Assembly (NCBI GenBank): GCA_017626815.1
Contig: JAGAHY010000140.1
Location: 404 to 64,403 of the forward strand
Reading direction: 5' to 3'
Length of the DNA: 64,000 bases
Origin: Bacilli bacterium
Lineage (GTDB): Bacteria; Bacillota_I; Bacilli_A; RFN20; CAG-826
In this document: piece by piece, positions 9,423-19,608 of the stretch
Layout: every line of letters starts with the position of its first letter
Numbering within the stretch: position 1 is the stretch's first letter
Notes under the pieces: model-generated
The model's database searches: none
Told to the model about the DNA's origin: nothing
The model's input: the letters and a program-made list of their open reading frames with translations, nothing else
Program-made: the position numbers and the translations under genes

Positions 9423-11416
9423 TTGAACTTAAAGATGTCACGAAAATATACGAATCGCTTGGCGGGGAAAGGTCCGTCGGCGTCGAAGGGATAAGCCTAA
9501 GCATCGCCTCAAAGGGGTTAGTATCGATATTTGGTCCATCCGGTTGCGGAAAGACCACATTGCTGAACCTGATCGGGGGATTGGACTATCCGACTTCGGG
9601 CGCGGTGCTAGTCGACGGGGAAAAGGTGAATGATGCTTATCGCCTTAACCACATAGGCTGCATATTCCAGGATTTCGTGGTAGTGGATTCGCTTTCGGTC
9701 GCGGAGAACATCCGGTTGCTCGATAAATCGATGACGGATGCTAGGGTCAACGAATTGCTCGATAGTTTGGGGATCGGGAGTTTGCGTGACCGCAAGGCAG
9801 GAAGGCTTTCCGGAGGGGAAAAGCAGCGCGTTTGCATCGCTAGGGCTATCGCGAGGAAGCCCTCGTTCATCATCGCCGATGAACCGACGGGGAACCTGGA
9901 TGAGAAGAATAGGATCGCTATCATGGATATCCTGAAATCCCTGTCGAATCATTATTTGGTGATCTTGGTTTCCCATGAGAAGGAATTGGTGGAACGGTAT
10001 AGCGACCGCATCATCTTCATGAAAGATCATAAGGTCGTTTCCGATAGCGCGCCGGAAAAGTCGATGGGCAAATTCGAAGATGGGCGCGACGCCAAGATCT
10101 GCCTGCCTAAGAAGAGGGTAAGGAAAAAGCGAATGAACACCGTCGCCGGGATTCTGTCCGCGATTGTCGTGATGGCGACTTCCTTCGTCTCGTCATTCGT
10201 GGCGGGGGTGGCGGACGCAACGAACCATCAAAGCGATATCGTCTATGCAGTGGACAAGAATCTGGAAGACGAGAAGAGGGAGAAGCTTTCCGACGTCGCT
10301 TTCTTTGGCAATCAGGGGTTTGCCTTTGAACTTGAAGTGGGGGATGGACTGACTTTCCACGCTCTGCCTTTGCCTACAGTCGCCCCGCTCCTTGCTTACG
10401 ATTTCTATTCCTCCGATCCATTTCCTTATGGGGAAGACGAATGTATTATCACCTCTTCGCTTGCGAAATCGATAATCGATGGAGCTTACGTCAAAACCTA
10501 TATGGGCGGCATCGATTTGCCTGCGTCCTCGCTTGGCCTAACCCGCAGCGAAGACTTAATCGGAAATAGGCTGGACAAAGCCTACACCATAAAAGGCGTT
10601 GTTGATGGCGACGAGGATCGATGCTATATCAGCCCACGGCGCTTCTATGCTCGAAGCGGGACCGTGCAGGTGGGGGACGTTCTTTTTAACGGCGATTTCT
10701 ATGATAGCTTCACTTATAGGCGATTCGCCAAGCAGGAAATACGTGACGATGTGATTTACGTGCCTTCTGCAGACATTTTTGGTGAAAAAACGAAGGCTTC
10801 GATAAAGGGAAGAGAGTATTCCATTGAGGTTTTGCCATCTCTTGAAAGGATCGTTTTGCCCGGACCGATCGCAGAGTATTTCCTCGATTCGAATGGATAT
10901 GCCTGCGCTTACGACAATCAGGCGTTCCTTGCCGCGATAGAGGAAAATGGCGTCAAGGCGAAGTCCTTGAGACAAGGCAGGCAGGATTCCATTCAGGGGG
11001 CCAAGGTATTCTTCGGCTCGGTGATTGGCGGAGTCGGATTCGTCGCCTTTGCCTTAATGCAGTTCTTCTTCTTTGTCGACATATCCACGCATTTCGATGA
11101 AAGTCGGAACGAACTGGTCGTCTACCGCGCTTTGGGCGTCGGCAGAGCCAAACTCGTTAACGACAATGTCCTTGGCGTTTTCCTAGGATCCCTGCCCTCT
11201 CTTTGCGTTGGCTCTTTGGCAGGCGCGGTATTAACGCTGTTCATTTGCCGCAATGAACTGGCGGCCCTTTATTTCCTCCCAAATATCGGAGTCTTTTCCA
11301 TCGGCGCGATCTTATCCGCGGCCATTATCGTTGGCGTATCCTATCTATATTCGCTGAAGAGATTCATGGGCAACGCCGCTGAGTTCAAAAGGGCGAACCT
11401 GATAACGGAGTCTTGA
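9419..11416 (+). CDS. MacB-like ABC transporter, ATPase fused to FtsX-type permease
   Basis: Start MIELKDVTKIY overlaps the upstream stop (ATGA). Walker A GPSGCGKTT, LSGGEKQR, IIADEPTGNLD, VSHE. TM segment after residue 250 and C-terminal TM bundle. Confidence 0.85.
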   Translation: MIELKDVTKIYESLGGERSVGVEGISLSIASKGLVSIFGPSGCGKTTLLNLIGGLDYPTSGAVLVDGEKVNDAYRLNHIGCIFQDFVVVDSLSVAENIRLLDKSMTDARVNELLDSLGIGSLRDRKAGRLSGGEKQRVCIARAIARKPSFIIADEPTGNLDEKNRIAIMDILKSLSNHYLVILVSHEKELVERYSDRIIFMKDHKVVSDSAPEKSMGKFEDGRDAKICLPKKRVRKKRMNTVAGILSAIVVMATSFVSSFVAGVADATNHQSDIVYAVDKNLEDEKREKLSDVAFFGNQGFAFELEVGDGLTFHALPLPTVAPLLAYDFYSSDPFPYGEDECIITSSLAKSIIDGAYVKTYMGGIDLPASSLGLTRSEDLIGNRLDKAYTIKGVVDGDEDRCYISPRRFYARSGTVQVGDVLFNGDFYDSFTYRRFAKQEIRDDVIYVPSADIFGEKTKASIKGREYSIEVLPSLERIVLPGPIAEYFLDSNGYACAYDNQAFLAAIEENGVKAKSLRQGRQDSIQGAKVFFGSVIGGVGFVAFALMQFFFFVDISTHFDESRNELVVYRALGVGRAKLVNDNVLGVFLGSLPSLCVGSLAGAVLTLFICRNELAALYFLPNIGVFSIGAILSAAIIVGVSYLYSLKRFMGNAAEFKRANLITES

Positions 11417-11432
11417 TCGTTCCTTGCCTAAG

Positions 11433-11470
11433 CACCATTTGCTTAGCCGGTCTTTTCCTTCATGTCGAGC
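11433..11470 (+). terminator. Possible intrinsic terminator after the ABC operon (cctaagca…tgcttag hairpin plus T-rich tract)
   Basis: Imperfect 7-bp stem followed by ccggtcttttcctt. Confidence 0.3.
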
Positions 11471-11725
11471 CTCAATCCCATAGAGTTCAACTCCATCAAA
11501 TACTATTTGGTGAAGGCGAGCACTACTTAGAGGTTAGCGGCGCAAAAGGCACAAAGAATTTAGTGCCTGCCTTTAAAACAGCCTAGGCGCAAATTCAAAG
11601 AGAGTGAAAGTATATTTGAATCTGGCAAATCATTCTCATAAACGGTCCGGAAGATAAAAGTCGCTGGTTCAGCCAAGAATCATCATCTTTCTTAGACGTT
11701 TTGTCTTTCAAAACAGTCTAAACTA

Positions 11726-12253
11726 GTGAAAGCAGCTTTCAAACAACAGCAAATGAATGTATCGAAACGAACCGCGAAATTGTTTCTTCAAGGCGACGAA
11801 GACGCCACCTCCGAGGTTTACTATGCTTACCGGAAGCTTTTGTTTTTCATAATCTCCAACTATGTCGACGGGGAGCAGGATAGAGAGGATGTCTATCAGG
11901 AGGTATTCGCGAAGGTCTTCGAACATCGCTGCGACTGTGCCAAAGCGGAGGGGCTCCATTATTACCTTTGCCAGGTCGCCAAAACGACGGCGATAGACTT
12001 CGGGAGGAAAAAATCCAACAAAATCTATGAGCCCTTTGAGGAAGAAACCGTTCCTTCTAGCGGCGACTCGAACTTGGACTCCTATCTGGACCAGTTCTCC
12101 TTGGACCCTGATGAAAGGGCCATCGCGGGATACCGTTTTGGCTTTGGGCTCTCCTGGAAAGAGATAGTGGATCTCACTGGAATCCCCATGTCGACCGCGA
12201 AGCTTAGATGCAAACAGGCGCTGGGAAAAATTAAAAAGGAATTGGAAAAATGA
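11726..12253 (+). CDS. ECF-type RNA polymerase sigma-70 factor
   Basis: 175 aa. Sigma-70 region 2 and region 4 (…SWKEIVDLTGIPMSTAKLRCKQALGKIKKEL) patterns. Overlaps the next gene by 4 nt. Confidence 0.8.
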   Translation: MKAAFKQQQMNVSKRTAKLFLQGDEDATSEVYYAYRKLLFFIISNYVDGEQDREDVYQEVFAKVFEHRCDCAKAEGLHYYLCQVAKTTAIDFGRKKSNKIYEPFEEETVPSSGDSNLDSYLDQFSLDPDERAIAGYRFGFGLSWKEIVDLTGIPMSTAKLRCKQALGKIKKELEK

Positions 12254-13131
12254 CAAACCATAGCTGCAAAATCGCATTTAAAAACGGCCTGCTGCATAAT
12301 GTTGAGGCCTCATTGCCAAAGGGAGAGGCGTTCGTCGCCTTCAAGAAAAACGCCCTGTCTACCAAGAAGACTATGCTTGCCGCCTGTATGGCATCTGTCG
12401 CAATGTCTTGTCTTGCAGTGGCTGCAATCGTCACGTTTTTCTCCGTGACGAGAAATGAGTATCATGGATGGATAAGATCGCGACTGACTTTCGACGATTA
12501 CTCAGATTTCTCAACTTGCGTGGCTGACAATTCTGACTATACGACAAACGCCCTCCAGAATTATCAGAATAGGTCGTTTAGCCCGTTCTTGGTTAGGACT
12601 GAAAACGCGGAAACGTTAATTGGGTCGACGCCGTATTTCACCATTGAGGGAAGGCATATTCGCAACGGGGATGAGCAGCTTGCGATAACCAGGATGAGCG
12701 CAACTTACAATTCCAATCCCGACAAATCCGGTTCTGAATCCGCAAACGCCGGGCATAAGTCATGGAACTCAGTCAATCTTTATTTTCAGCATTTGTTGTT
12801 TGATCCGCCCTCTGCCCCGTCTCTATACTGGAGCAAAGAAATCCCGCCTGAATGGCTAGAAGAAGGTGGGCGATACTGGAATTACGCCGTGGATTTCTCC
12901 CTTCATTACGTGGCATACCACAACGTGTTAGGGGAAGATCAGAAATTGCGCGTTGACTACCTTATCGATGGCTCGGTTGGCCAGATCGTTTGCGGGATTG
13001 ATTATTACAATCTGGAGTTTGATTCCGCTGTTTCTAAATCGGAAAAAGAGTCCCACGCCACATTGGTTGCAGAATTTAAAAACGCTGTTCTTAGAGATGT
13101 TGTTGATAACTATAAAGGAGATTACATATGA
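12250..13131 (+). CDS. Putative membrane anti-sigma factor (single TM plus ~220-aa extracytoplasmic domain)
   Basis: Translationally coupled to the ECF sigma gene. TM helix MLAACMASVAMSCLAVAAIVTFF. Assignment by context only. Confidence 0.5.
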   Translation: MTNHSCKIAFKNGLLHNVEASLPKGEAFVAFKKNALSTKKTMLAACMASVAMSCLAVAAIVTFFSVTRNEYHGWIRSRLTFDDYSDFSTCVADNSDYTTNALQNYQNRSFSPFLVRTENAETLIGSTPYFTIEGRHIRNGDEQLAITRMSATYNSNPDKSGSESANAGHKSWNSVNLYFQHLLFDPPSAPSLYWSKEIPPEWLEEGGRYWNYAVDFSLHYVAYHNVLGEDQKLRVDYLIDGSVGQIVCGIDYYNLEFDSAVSKSEKESHATLVAEFKNAVLRDVVDNYKGDYI

Positions 13132-13422
13132 CAACTTTGATGCTTTCCTTGGCGTCGATAGCTACATCGATAGCCGCAGATCGCCCCTCGCTTCACCTTC
13201 GCCCAGGACGCCCCACGGAGTCCACACGCAAACCACGCCGCGTAGCCTAAGCAAACGCCAGCCCCGACGGCGAAGCGAAGCCCACGGCCATAATCGCCCG
13301 CGCACGCCTCGCAGGCGATTTTTCAACTATTTTGAAATTCGCATCAATTTCTTGAAAACGGGGCTGTAACAAAAACGCCGGGTTAACTTTCGGCGAAATG
13401 GTGACCATTCCGAATTAAGAAA

Positions 13423-13462
13423 AGCGCCGCTGGATCATTTCTCACGGCGGCGCTTTATCTTT
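13423..13462. terminator. Bidirectional intrinsic terminator between convergent genes
   Basis: aagcgccgc…cggcggcgctt stem (9 bp) with flanking A/T runs (…ttaagaaaagcgccgctggatcatttctcacggcggcgctttatctttttg). Confidence 0.5.
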
Positions 13463-13476
13463 TTGCTTTGACCGTT

Positions 13477-14655
13477 TTAAAGAAGGATTGACCTTACTTT
13501 CTCCAACGTGGATTCTTCGATTTCGCAAGAGAGAAGGCAATTCTTGGCTTTTTCGGATAAAGTAGTTCCTGAAAAGGAATTGACGACGCCGGAAGCGCCG
13601 CTTGCCTTGGTGAGGTCAGTGAGATCTTTGTAAGTCGGGTCGCTATCATAGGCGTTTGGGACGGCGATCAAACCGAAGTTAGAGAACATATAGTCATAAA
13701 AGAGGTCGATCTCATTCACGCCGAGGAATGCGTTGAGCAAATAAGCGATCATCCCCGTTCGGTCGGTTCCGATGTTGCAGTGGAAGTAGATGGGATAGTT
13801 CTCTTCGATGGCGAAGAGGTCGAACACCTGCTTTATTTGCTCTTTGCAGGCATTGATGTTGGCGGAGCCTCCGGTGGGGATGGGAATATAGTTCACCCCA
13901 TCGACCGCCGAGAAAAGTTCTTCTTCCGGAGGAAGGCCTGGATAGCCATTTCTTTGCGAGAGGCGCAGGTCGATCTCGGTTTTGATGCCAAGATCCTCCT
14001 GAAATGCCTTTTCACCTTCTTCGGTGATTTCCTTTTCAAAGGAATAGCCGAGATCTCCTCCATCTTTCGTCCAGCCTTCGGGATAGGAGTTGTTCAATCT
14101 GGCCCCCCGATAGAGCAAACCTTGGCGGATTCTTTTGCCTCCGCCGACTTCCCAGCCCCCGAGATCGCGGACGTTGGTCACGCCATCGACGTCGAGATTC
14201 CTTGGGCCTCCGCCGATCGTGGAGAAAGAAGAAACCGCGCTCTCCATTCCTCCTTGGCGCACTTTCCAATAATAAGTGGTCGCCAATTTAAGATTCGACA
14301 CTTCGACGTTTTCGCTTTCCGTTTGCAATCTTTTCGCCTTTTCAAAGGAGGGGTCTTCGCTTAAGAGGACTTCGAAGGAACCCTCCTCTTGCGTACTTTC
14401 CCAAGAAAGATTGAGGGGAACGGGCTTTGAGTTTTCGTGCTTCCCATCGGCGATCGAATGGTCGATTTCCTCGGGGATACCGCCATCAAGGTAATCTTTT
14501 TGGACCGGAGAATGGAAATCGACGATGCCGCTCACTTCATTCAAAACGATGGCATCATTGGCGGAAGGCTGGCTCTCCGATGAGGAAGAAGGGGCTTTCG
14601 CGCAACTAGCGAATAGAAACGGAATCAAAAAGATAAGACAGTGTTTCGTTTTCAT
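13477..14655 (-). CDS. Lipoprotein protein-tyrosine phosphatase (CX5R P-loop HCNIGTDRTG)
   Basis: 392 aa. Lipobox LFASC. C-terminal phosphatase domain with HCxxGxxR motif. Confidence 0.75.
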   Translation of the reverse strand: MKTKHCLIFLIPFLFASCAKAPSSSSESQPSANDAIVLNEVSGIVDFHSPVQKDYLDGGIPEEIDHSIADGKHENSKPVPLNLSWESTQEEGSFEVLLSEDPSFEKAKRLQTESENVEVSNLKLATTYYWKVRQGGMESAVSSFSTIGGGPRNLDVDGVTNVRDLGGWEVGGGKRIRQGLLYRGARLNNSYPEGWTKDGGDLGYSFEKEITEEGEKAFQEDLGIKTEIDLRLSQRNGYPGLPPEEELFSAVDGVNYIPIPTGGSANINACKEQIKQVFDLFAIEENYPIYFHCNIGTDRTGMIAYLLNAFLGVNEIDLFYDYMFSNFGLIAVPNAYDSDPTYKDLTDLTKASGASGVVNSFSGTTLSEKAKNCLLSCEIEESTLEKVRSILL

Positions 14656-14656
14656 A

Positions 14657-15661
14657 TCAAAAACTCCTTTCCTTCAAAAATGAGGTGGCTGTTTGCATCC
14701 ACGCTTTCGCTTCGGCAAGCCCTTCATTCACCCCAAAGCCATGCAGGGGCGCATCATCGCTTGCTTCGTCGGCGAAGCGGTCGTAACGGTGGCCGATGTC
14801 GAAAAAGGTAAGTTCCGCATCAAGCCTTTCGCTTCCTTGGATGGAAACGGTCGGGTCTTTCTCTTCATGGAAAAGGTAAGTCGAAGGAAAATCTTCGGTC
14901 ACGTGGAGTTCTGCCGAAAAGGTTTCATAAAGAGAAGGATCGTTTCCGGTGAACGTCTTTCTTGTCGAAGCATGGGTCAGTCCATCCAAGAAAGAAACGA
15001 CCGGATAGCCAAGGATCAAAGAATCGATTTCAATCGGCAATTGGTCAATGTCGTCTTTTTGATAAGAGGCATCATCGATGTCGAAGCTTTTTTGCTCATG
15101 CGCCATCAAAGCTAGATGCCCGCCCGCGGAAAAACCTTGGACCGCCAAATGGTCGAAGCGGTATTCCCCCGCCAAAGAAGAAACGACCCTCACCGCTCGG
15201 AGCACATCGGAAAGCAAGCCATGGTAATCGAGGTTTTGGTCGATGACGGTCGTCCGATAATTGAGGACAAATACCGAGATTCCAGCTTGATTGTAGTAAG
15301 GAGCGATCGCCGCGGCTTCTTTGGGGTCTCCATCGTTATTGCTGCCGCCGAAGCGACTTCCTTCTTCGGGGGTTGAATTGGATAAATGGGTATATCCGCC
15401 TCCGGGAAGGACGATCACTGCGCCTCCAGTAGAATTGCTGGCCAAATAAGGCGTCAAGAAAGCGTATTTCTCCCCATTTCCACCGTCATAAGGGACGTTC
15501 CCGGCTCGATAAAGGGGAATCCTTTCGTGGTCATCGCTTGGCAAAGGAGGCAAGGAGGACAATGTGGTGCTTCCGGCTTCTTCGTTTTCGCTTTGGGAGA
15601 TGTGCTCTGCCTTGCCGCAGGAAGCCAAAAGAAGCAGCGGCAGCAGCCAATATTTACGCAT
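14657..15661 (-). CDS. Lipoprotein alpha/beta-hydrolase (esterase/carbohydrate esterase; GFSAGG nucleophile elbow)
   Basis: 334 aa. Lipobox LLLASC. GxSxG motif, and HGGG-like VIVLPGGGY oxyanion region. Confidence 0.75.
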   Translation of the reverse strand: MRKYWLLPLLLLASCGKAEHISQSENEEAGSTTLSSLPPLPSDDHERIPLYRAGNVPYDGGNGEKYAFLTPYLASNSTGGAVIVLPGGGYTHLSNSTPEEGSRFGGSNNDGDPKEAAAIAPYYNQAGISVFVLNYRTTVIDQNLDYHGLLSDVLRAVRVVSSLAGEYRFDHLAVQGFSAGGHLALMAHEQKSFDIDDASYQKDDIDQLPIEIDSLILGYPVVSFLDGLTHASTRKTFTGNDPSLYETFSAELHVTEDFPSTYLFHEEKDPTVSIQGSERLDAELTFFDIGHRYDRFADEASDDAPLHGFGVNEGLAEAKAWMQTATSFLKERSF

Positions 15662-16580
15662 AAGGGGCCTCCTCCATCAAAATATCAGCGATGACGGGGC
15701 AGTGGTCTGAGGCTTTCAACGCCTTCGCGCCCCGCTCGATGTCGTGGGTTTTTAGCCAAAGGTTCCCATCGGCGAATATATGATCGATGGTTTTGCCCAC
15801 ATGAGGAGCCGCCGCCAGGGTATGGGAGCTCTTTAAGCCATCTTGGCAACGGGCATCGGTCGCGGTGGTTTCAGCATCGAAATAGCCGCCCTCCATCACC
15901 GCTTGGTATGCTTTGGAATCTTCGTCGAAGTTGCAGTCGCCGGAAAAGCAGACGCCGGCTTCCCCGAATTGGAGCTTCAGTTCCTCGGCTTTTGCCATCA
16001 GCTGCTTGGCGTTTCCTTCCCGCCATTTGGCGGCGATGGCTTGGCGCTCCTCGTCGGTATAATCTTCATACCCATCGTAGTTGGCGGTGCAGACCGCGCC
16101 ATGGAAGTTGAGGTCGATGAGGATCTTCTCACTTTCTTTTTCTTCGAAAACCGCCCAAGCAAGCGATTTCGTCGTGACACCTGGATAAGCATCAACCAGC
16201 ATCTCGGTCCCGCTTTCTAGAAGGTTGAAGCGCGAAGAATCGAAGATGATCGGAGTTGCGCAGAGGATGTTGTTCACCTGATCGTCGATCAAAACATAAT
16301 CGGGACTCTCATCGAGCAGCTGCTTCTTCATCGCATCGCAGGGGACGGTGCATTCTTGGAAGTGAATGATGTCGGGATTTTTCTCTGTAACGATCTCGAC
16401 GACATAGTCCATGTTGCCCCTGCCAAGATAAACATTCCAGCTTAGCAGGCGAAACGAAGGGGTTTCTTTTTCCGGAACGCTCATAGAAGCCGCCTCCTTA
16501 GAAGAGGAGCCCGGGGCAACGCTTTCTTTCGCGCAGGAAAGCAAGATAAGGGCAAAAGGAAGGAATATGATCTTTTTCAT
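15654..16580 (-). CDS. Lipoprotein endonuclease/exonuclease/phosphatase (EEP) family protein
   Basis: 308 aa. Lipobox ILLSC. EEP motifs LLSWNV…, …SDHCPV near the C-terminus. Confidence 0.75.
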   Translation of the reverse strand: MKKIIFLPFALILLSCAKESVAPGSSSKEAASMSVPEKETPSFRLLSWNVYLGRGNMDYVVEIVTEKNPDIIHFQECTVPCDAMKKQLLDESPDYVLIDDQVNNILCATPIIFDSSRFNLLESGTEMLVDAYPGVTTKSLAWAVFEEKESEKILIDLNFHGAVCTANYDGYEDYTDEERQAIAAKWREGNAKQLMAKAEELKLQFGEAGVCFSGDCNFDEDSKAYQAVMEGGYFDAETTATDARCQDGLKSSHTLAAAPHVGKTIDHIFADGNLWLKTHDIERGAKALKASDHCPVIADILMEEAPYA

Positions 16581-17515
16581 GAAGCATCACCTTCTTGAAA
16601 AGGGAGCAGCTCAGGCATTGCGCCTTCTTCAAGGTATTTGGCCACATTCGCCCCGGCATCGAGGCCAACGATGTTATAGGCTTCTTGGTAGAAGTGGTTT
16701 TTGTCGTGCATCATCGATTCGGGGACGCCGGAAAGCTTGATGGAGCATAAATCGACATCTTCCATCTCTTCCGCCATCTTGACTTGGTTTTGGTGGAAGA
16801 TCTTGTAAAGATCGTGCTTTTCCTGGGATTCGGAAGCCATATACGGCCCAATTTGGATCGTGAAGCAATGCTCCACGCCGGCATCCTTCATGACATCGAC
16901 GATGTTTTGAAGATTGTTTTTGTATGTTTCGTAGCTCACGGCGTTGCCGGCATCATTTTCTCCTTGGAGCCAAACCATCTCGATGTGGGCGATGGAAAGA
17001 TCGTCAAGCGAATAGAGGTAATCCAAGCAATCCGATAAGCGGGAAGCGGCCTCTTCGACCATTCCCCCGTCTGGCTGCCATTGGGTGGAGCTGGTCCCGC
17101 CTTGGGAAGCGGAGACCCCGATGATGGGGACGTTCCGGATCTGGTAATAAGCCTCGCAGAAACTAGAGACGAGCGACCCGGTCTTCTTCGTTCCGTCATT
17201 GATGTGGGAATTGTTCTCGTTGACCCCGAACGGCTCTTCTAGATCATAAAGCTTGCTGGGGTCGCTCACGGCTCGGAATTCATAGCCATGGCCTTCGGGG
17301 CAAGGCGTGGCTTTTTCTTTGTCTCCTCTGCCAGCCATATTCGACTGGCCCATGAAGACAAAGACGTCCACCTCTTTCTCCTTATCCTCGGCTTGGTTGG
17401 AAGAAGGGCTGATGCTTTCTTCCTGACTTGAGGTCTTCATGGAAGCCGAAGCGGGGCTTTCTTTGGCGCAGGAAGCGAGCAGGAGCAAGAAAAACAAAGG
17501 AAATACTTTCTTCAT
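16577..17515 (-). CDS. Lipoprotein SGNH-type hydrolase of the sialate O-acetylesterase (DUF303) family
   Basis: 312 aa. Lipobox LLLASC. Signature GQSNMAGRG. Confidence 0.75.
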   Translation of the reverse strand: MKKVFPLFFLLLLASCAKESPASASMKTSSQEESISPSSNQAEDKEKEVDVFVFMGQSNMAGRGDKEKATPCPEGHGYEFRAVSDPSKLYDLEEPFGVNENNSHINDGTKKTGSLVSSFCEAYYQIRNVPIIGVSASQGGTSSTQWQPDGGMVEEAASRLSDCLDYLYSLDDLSIAHIEMVWLQGENDAGNAVSYETYKNNLQNIVDVMKDAGVEHCFTIQIGPYMASESQEKHDLYKIFHQNQVKMAEEMEDVDLCSIKLSGVPESMMHDKNHFYQEAYNIVGLDAGANVAKYLEEGAMPELLPFQEGDAS

Positions 17516-17571
17516 AATCCATTCCTTTCTGGGAGGCCCCCGTTTTTTGGGGACCTCCCACTAGAAACGCC

Positions 17572-19608
17572 TTAGTCCAAGACGGAGGCGTAATAGATGT
17601 TGGCGGCGACTTTTTCGTTGGTTAGATCAAGCGCGCCTTTCTCCGCTGCATAGCCGATGGAGACGGCGTTTTCGTCATCAAGATAAACTTCGGCCAACGA
17701 AGCGGTGAAGTCCTTGGTGGCGGTATAGCCGAAGAAGCCGGTGGCGTTTGCATCGATTTTCGTGTTCATCTGACCGAAATTGAGGCCGACGAGGTTATCG
17801 CCATCTTTGACGATCGTCGCCGAGGTATTCCCGCTTCCGATCGCCCCGGCGTTGCCAAGCCCGCCAAAAGCGCTCAATTCGCCGGCGAAAGTCATAACGC
17901 CATCGGCAACGGCATAAGTACCGGTGGCGATTTTGCCTTTGGAGGCAGTCGCCAAAGCATAGTAGGAATAAGTCCCGGATTCTAAGTCGCCAGTGAGTTC
18001 GAGGGCGCCGTTGATCTTATTGCTGCCTTTGGTGTAGTAGGTGAAGAAAGAATAAGTGGCCGTCGAATTCTTGAAGACATCGATCGGGGCGTAGTAGGAA
18101 ATGGAAACGTCATTGATAGTGCAAGAGAAGTCTTCTTCGCTTTCGGTATAAGAGATCGTGTAGGATTTCCCGGTCTCCGTAAGCGAAGTCAGGCTGATGA
18201 GGGTATCGCCATCGACGACTTCAGCGCCGGTGATCGTCTTTTCGCTGCCATCGCTATAAACGCCTTTGACGGTCAAAGAAGAAAGATTGACCAAATCGGC
18301 GAGGGTCTTTTCTTCCCCGGCTTTGAAAGCCAATTTCTTCGGCGCGTCTTCCACTTTGATGGAAACCAAGGTCGCTTCCACCGGAGCCGTTTCGACTTCG
18401 ATGGCGATTTCGACGCTCTTGCCGCCATAGCTGACGGTGACTTTTTCATCTTCCAGGGTGAGGGCGCCTTCCTTATCGATGGTCCAGCCTTCGGTGATGG
18501 TTTCCTTGGTGGTATCTTCGTAGGTGACCGCCAGGGTCAAGCCATCCGCGGAGAAGGTGTCGCCTTCATAGTATTTTAGACGCGAGGGCTGGGTTTCGAC
18601 CGCGATCGAGGCGACCACTTTCTCGGAAGAACCATAATAGGTCTTCAGGTTGTCGGCGAAGACGTTGCTTTCGATCCGCTGCATATAGACGGTGGAAGCA
18701 GGGCGGTCATATTGGGTGGCCAAAGACTCGATGAAGGCGGATTCCTTGGTTTTGCCCCAACCGAAGAAGGTGTCGACCGAATTCAGCATTGAGCCGAAGT
18801 AAAGGCCGCTGATTTCATCGCCGGTTTTGATGATTTCCGCGCTTTCTTTGCCCGCCGAGCTTAATTTGGCGGTACCATCCATATGCTCGATGAGGGTGGT
18901 GTAGAAGGTCATCGTGCTTTCTTTGATGGACCAATTGCCGCTGACGGAGGCGATTTTGACGCCCACGGCGGGGTCGATGGCGTTGAATTCCGTGTACTTG
19001 AAGCTGCCTTTGTCTTGGCTTCCTTCTTCGTAATCAAGCTCCATCGCGCCGTCCATCCGCATGGTCGTGGAATCGTAATAGGTGTAGAAGAGAAGATCGG
19101 CATCGCTGGTCTTGACGATGTCATAAGGATAGGAGAAATGATCCCACGGGCTCTCGGTTTCGTGGTCGTAGGAGATTTCCTGGGCGACCGGGACTTCTTC
19201 TGCTTTGACGGTGATGGTGACCGCCACGGATTTGGTCTTTCCTTCGTAGACGTATTTGACGTAGAAATTTTTGTCGTTCGCCGTCAAGGCCACCCCGTCT
19301 TTGTTGGTCGTGCATTCGGAAGTGACGATTTTGGTGGATGAGTCGGAGAAAGTCGCGGTGACTTCCATGCCGGTCAGATCAAGGAATTCGCCTTCTTCGT
19401 ATTCCAGTTTGTTGGGGAACTTGGTCACTTCGATCTTGGAAAGGGTGACTTGGGCGAGGGAAGTGGTGGAATCATCCCCTCCTTTGTCGGTGGAGGTGGA
19501 AGCGGCGTCTTGGCTGGCCGAGGGCGAGGGCTTATTTCCGCAGCCTGAAATCAGCAAGGCGGCCGGAAGGGCGGAGAGACTTAGAACTTTCAACCATGTT
19601 TTTTTCAT
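17572..19608 (-). CDS. Large surface lipoprotein with repeated Ig-like (Big) beta-sandwich domains; putative glycan-binding or accessory protein
   Basis: 678 aa. Lipobox LLISGC. Repetitive beta-rich modules. Sits between the GH3 and esterase genes in one operon. Confidence 0.55.
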   Translation of the reverse strand: MKKTWLKVLSLSALPAALLISGCGNKPSPSASQDAASTSTDKGGDDSTTSLAQVTLSKIEVTKFPNKLEYEEGEFLDLTGMEVTATFSDSSTKIVTSECTTNKDGVALTANDKNFYVKYVYEGKTKSVAVTITVKAEEVPVAQEISYDHETESPWDHFSYPYDIVKTSDADLLFYTYYDSTTMRMDGAMELDYEEGSQDKGSFKYTEFNAIDPAVGVKIASVSGNWSIKESTMTFYTTLIEHMDGTAKLSSAGKESAEIIKTGDEISGLYFGSMLNSVDTFFGWGKTKESAFIESLATQYDRPASTVYMQRIESNVFADNLKTYYGSSEKVVASIAVETQPSRLKYYEGDTFSADGLTLAVTYEDTTKETITEGWTIDKEGALTLEDEKVTVSYGGKSVEIAIEVETAPVEATLVSIKVEDAPKKLAFKAGEEKTLADLVNLSSLTVKGVYSDGSEKTITGAEVVDGDTLISLTSLTETGKSYTISYTESEEDFSCTINDVSISYYAPIDVFKNSTATYSFFTYYTKGSNKINGALELTGDLESGTYSYYALATASKGKIATGTYAVADGVMTFAGELSAFGGLGNAGAIGSGNTSATIVKDGDNLVGLNFGQMNTKIDANATGFFGYTATKDFTASLAEVYLDDENAVSIGYAAEKGALDLTNEKVAANIYYASVLD

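Noticed and set aside
13160-13300. GC-rich tract sharing CCTTCGCCC-like blocks with repeat family B
   Set aside because: Similarity is limited to short GC-rich words. No collinear alignment was convincing by eye.
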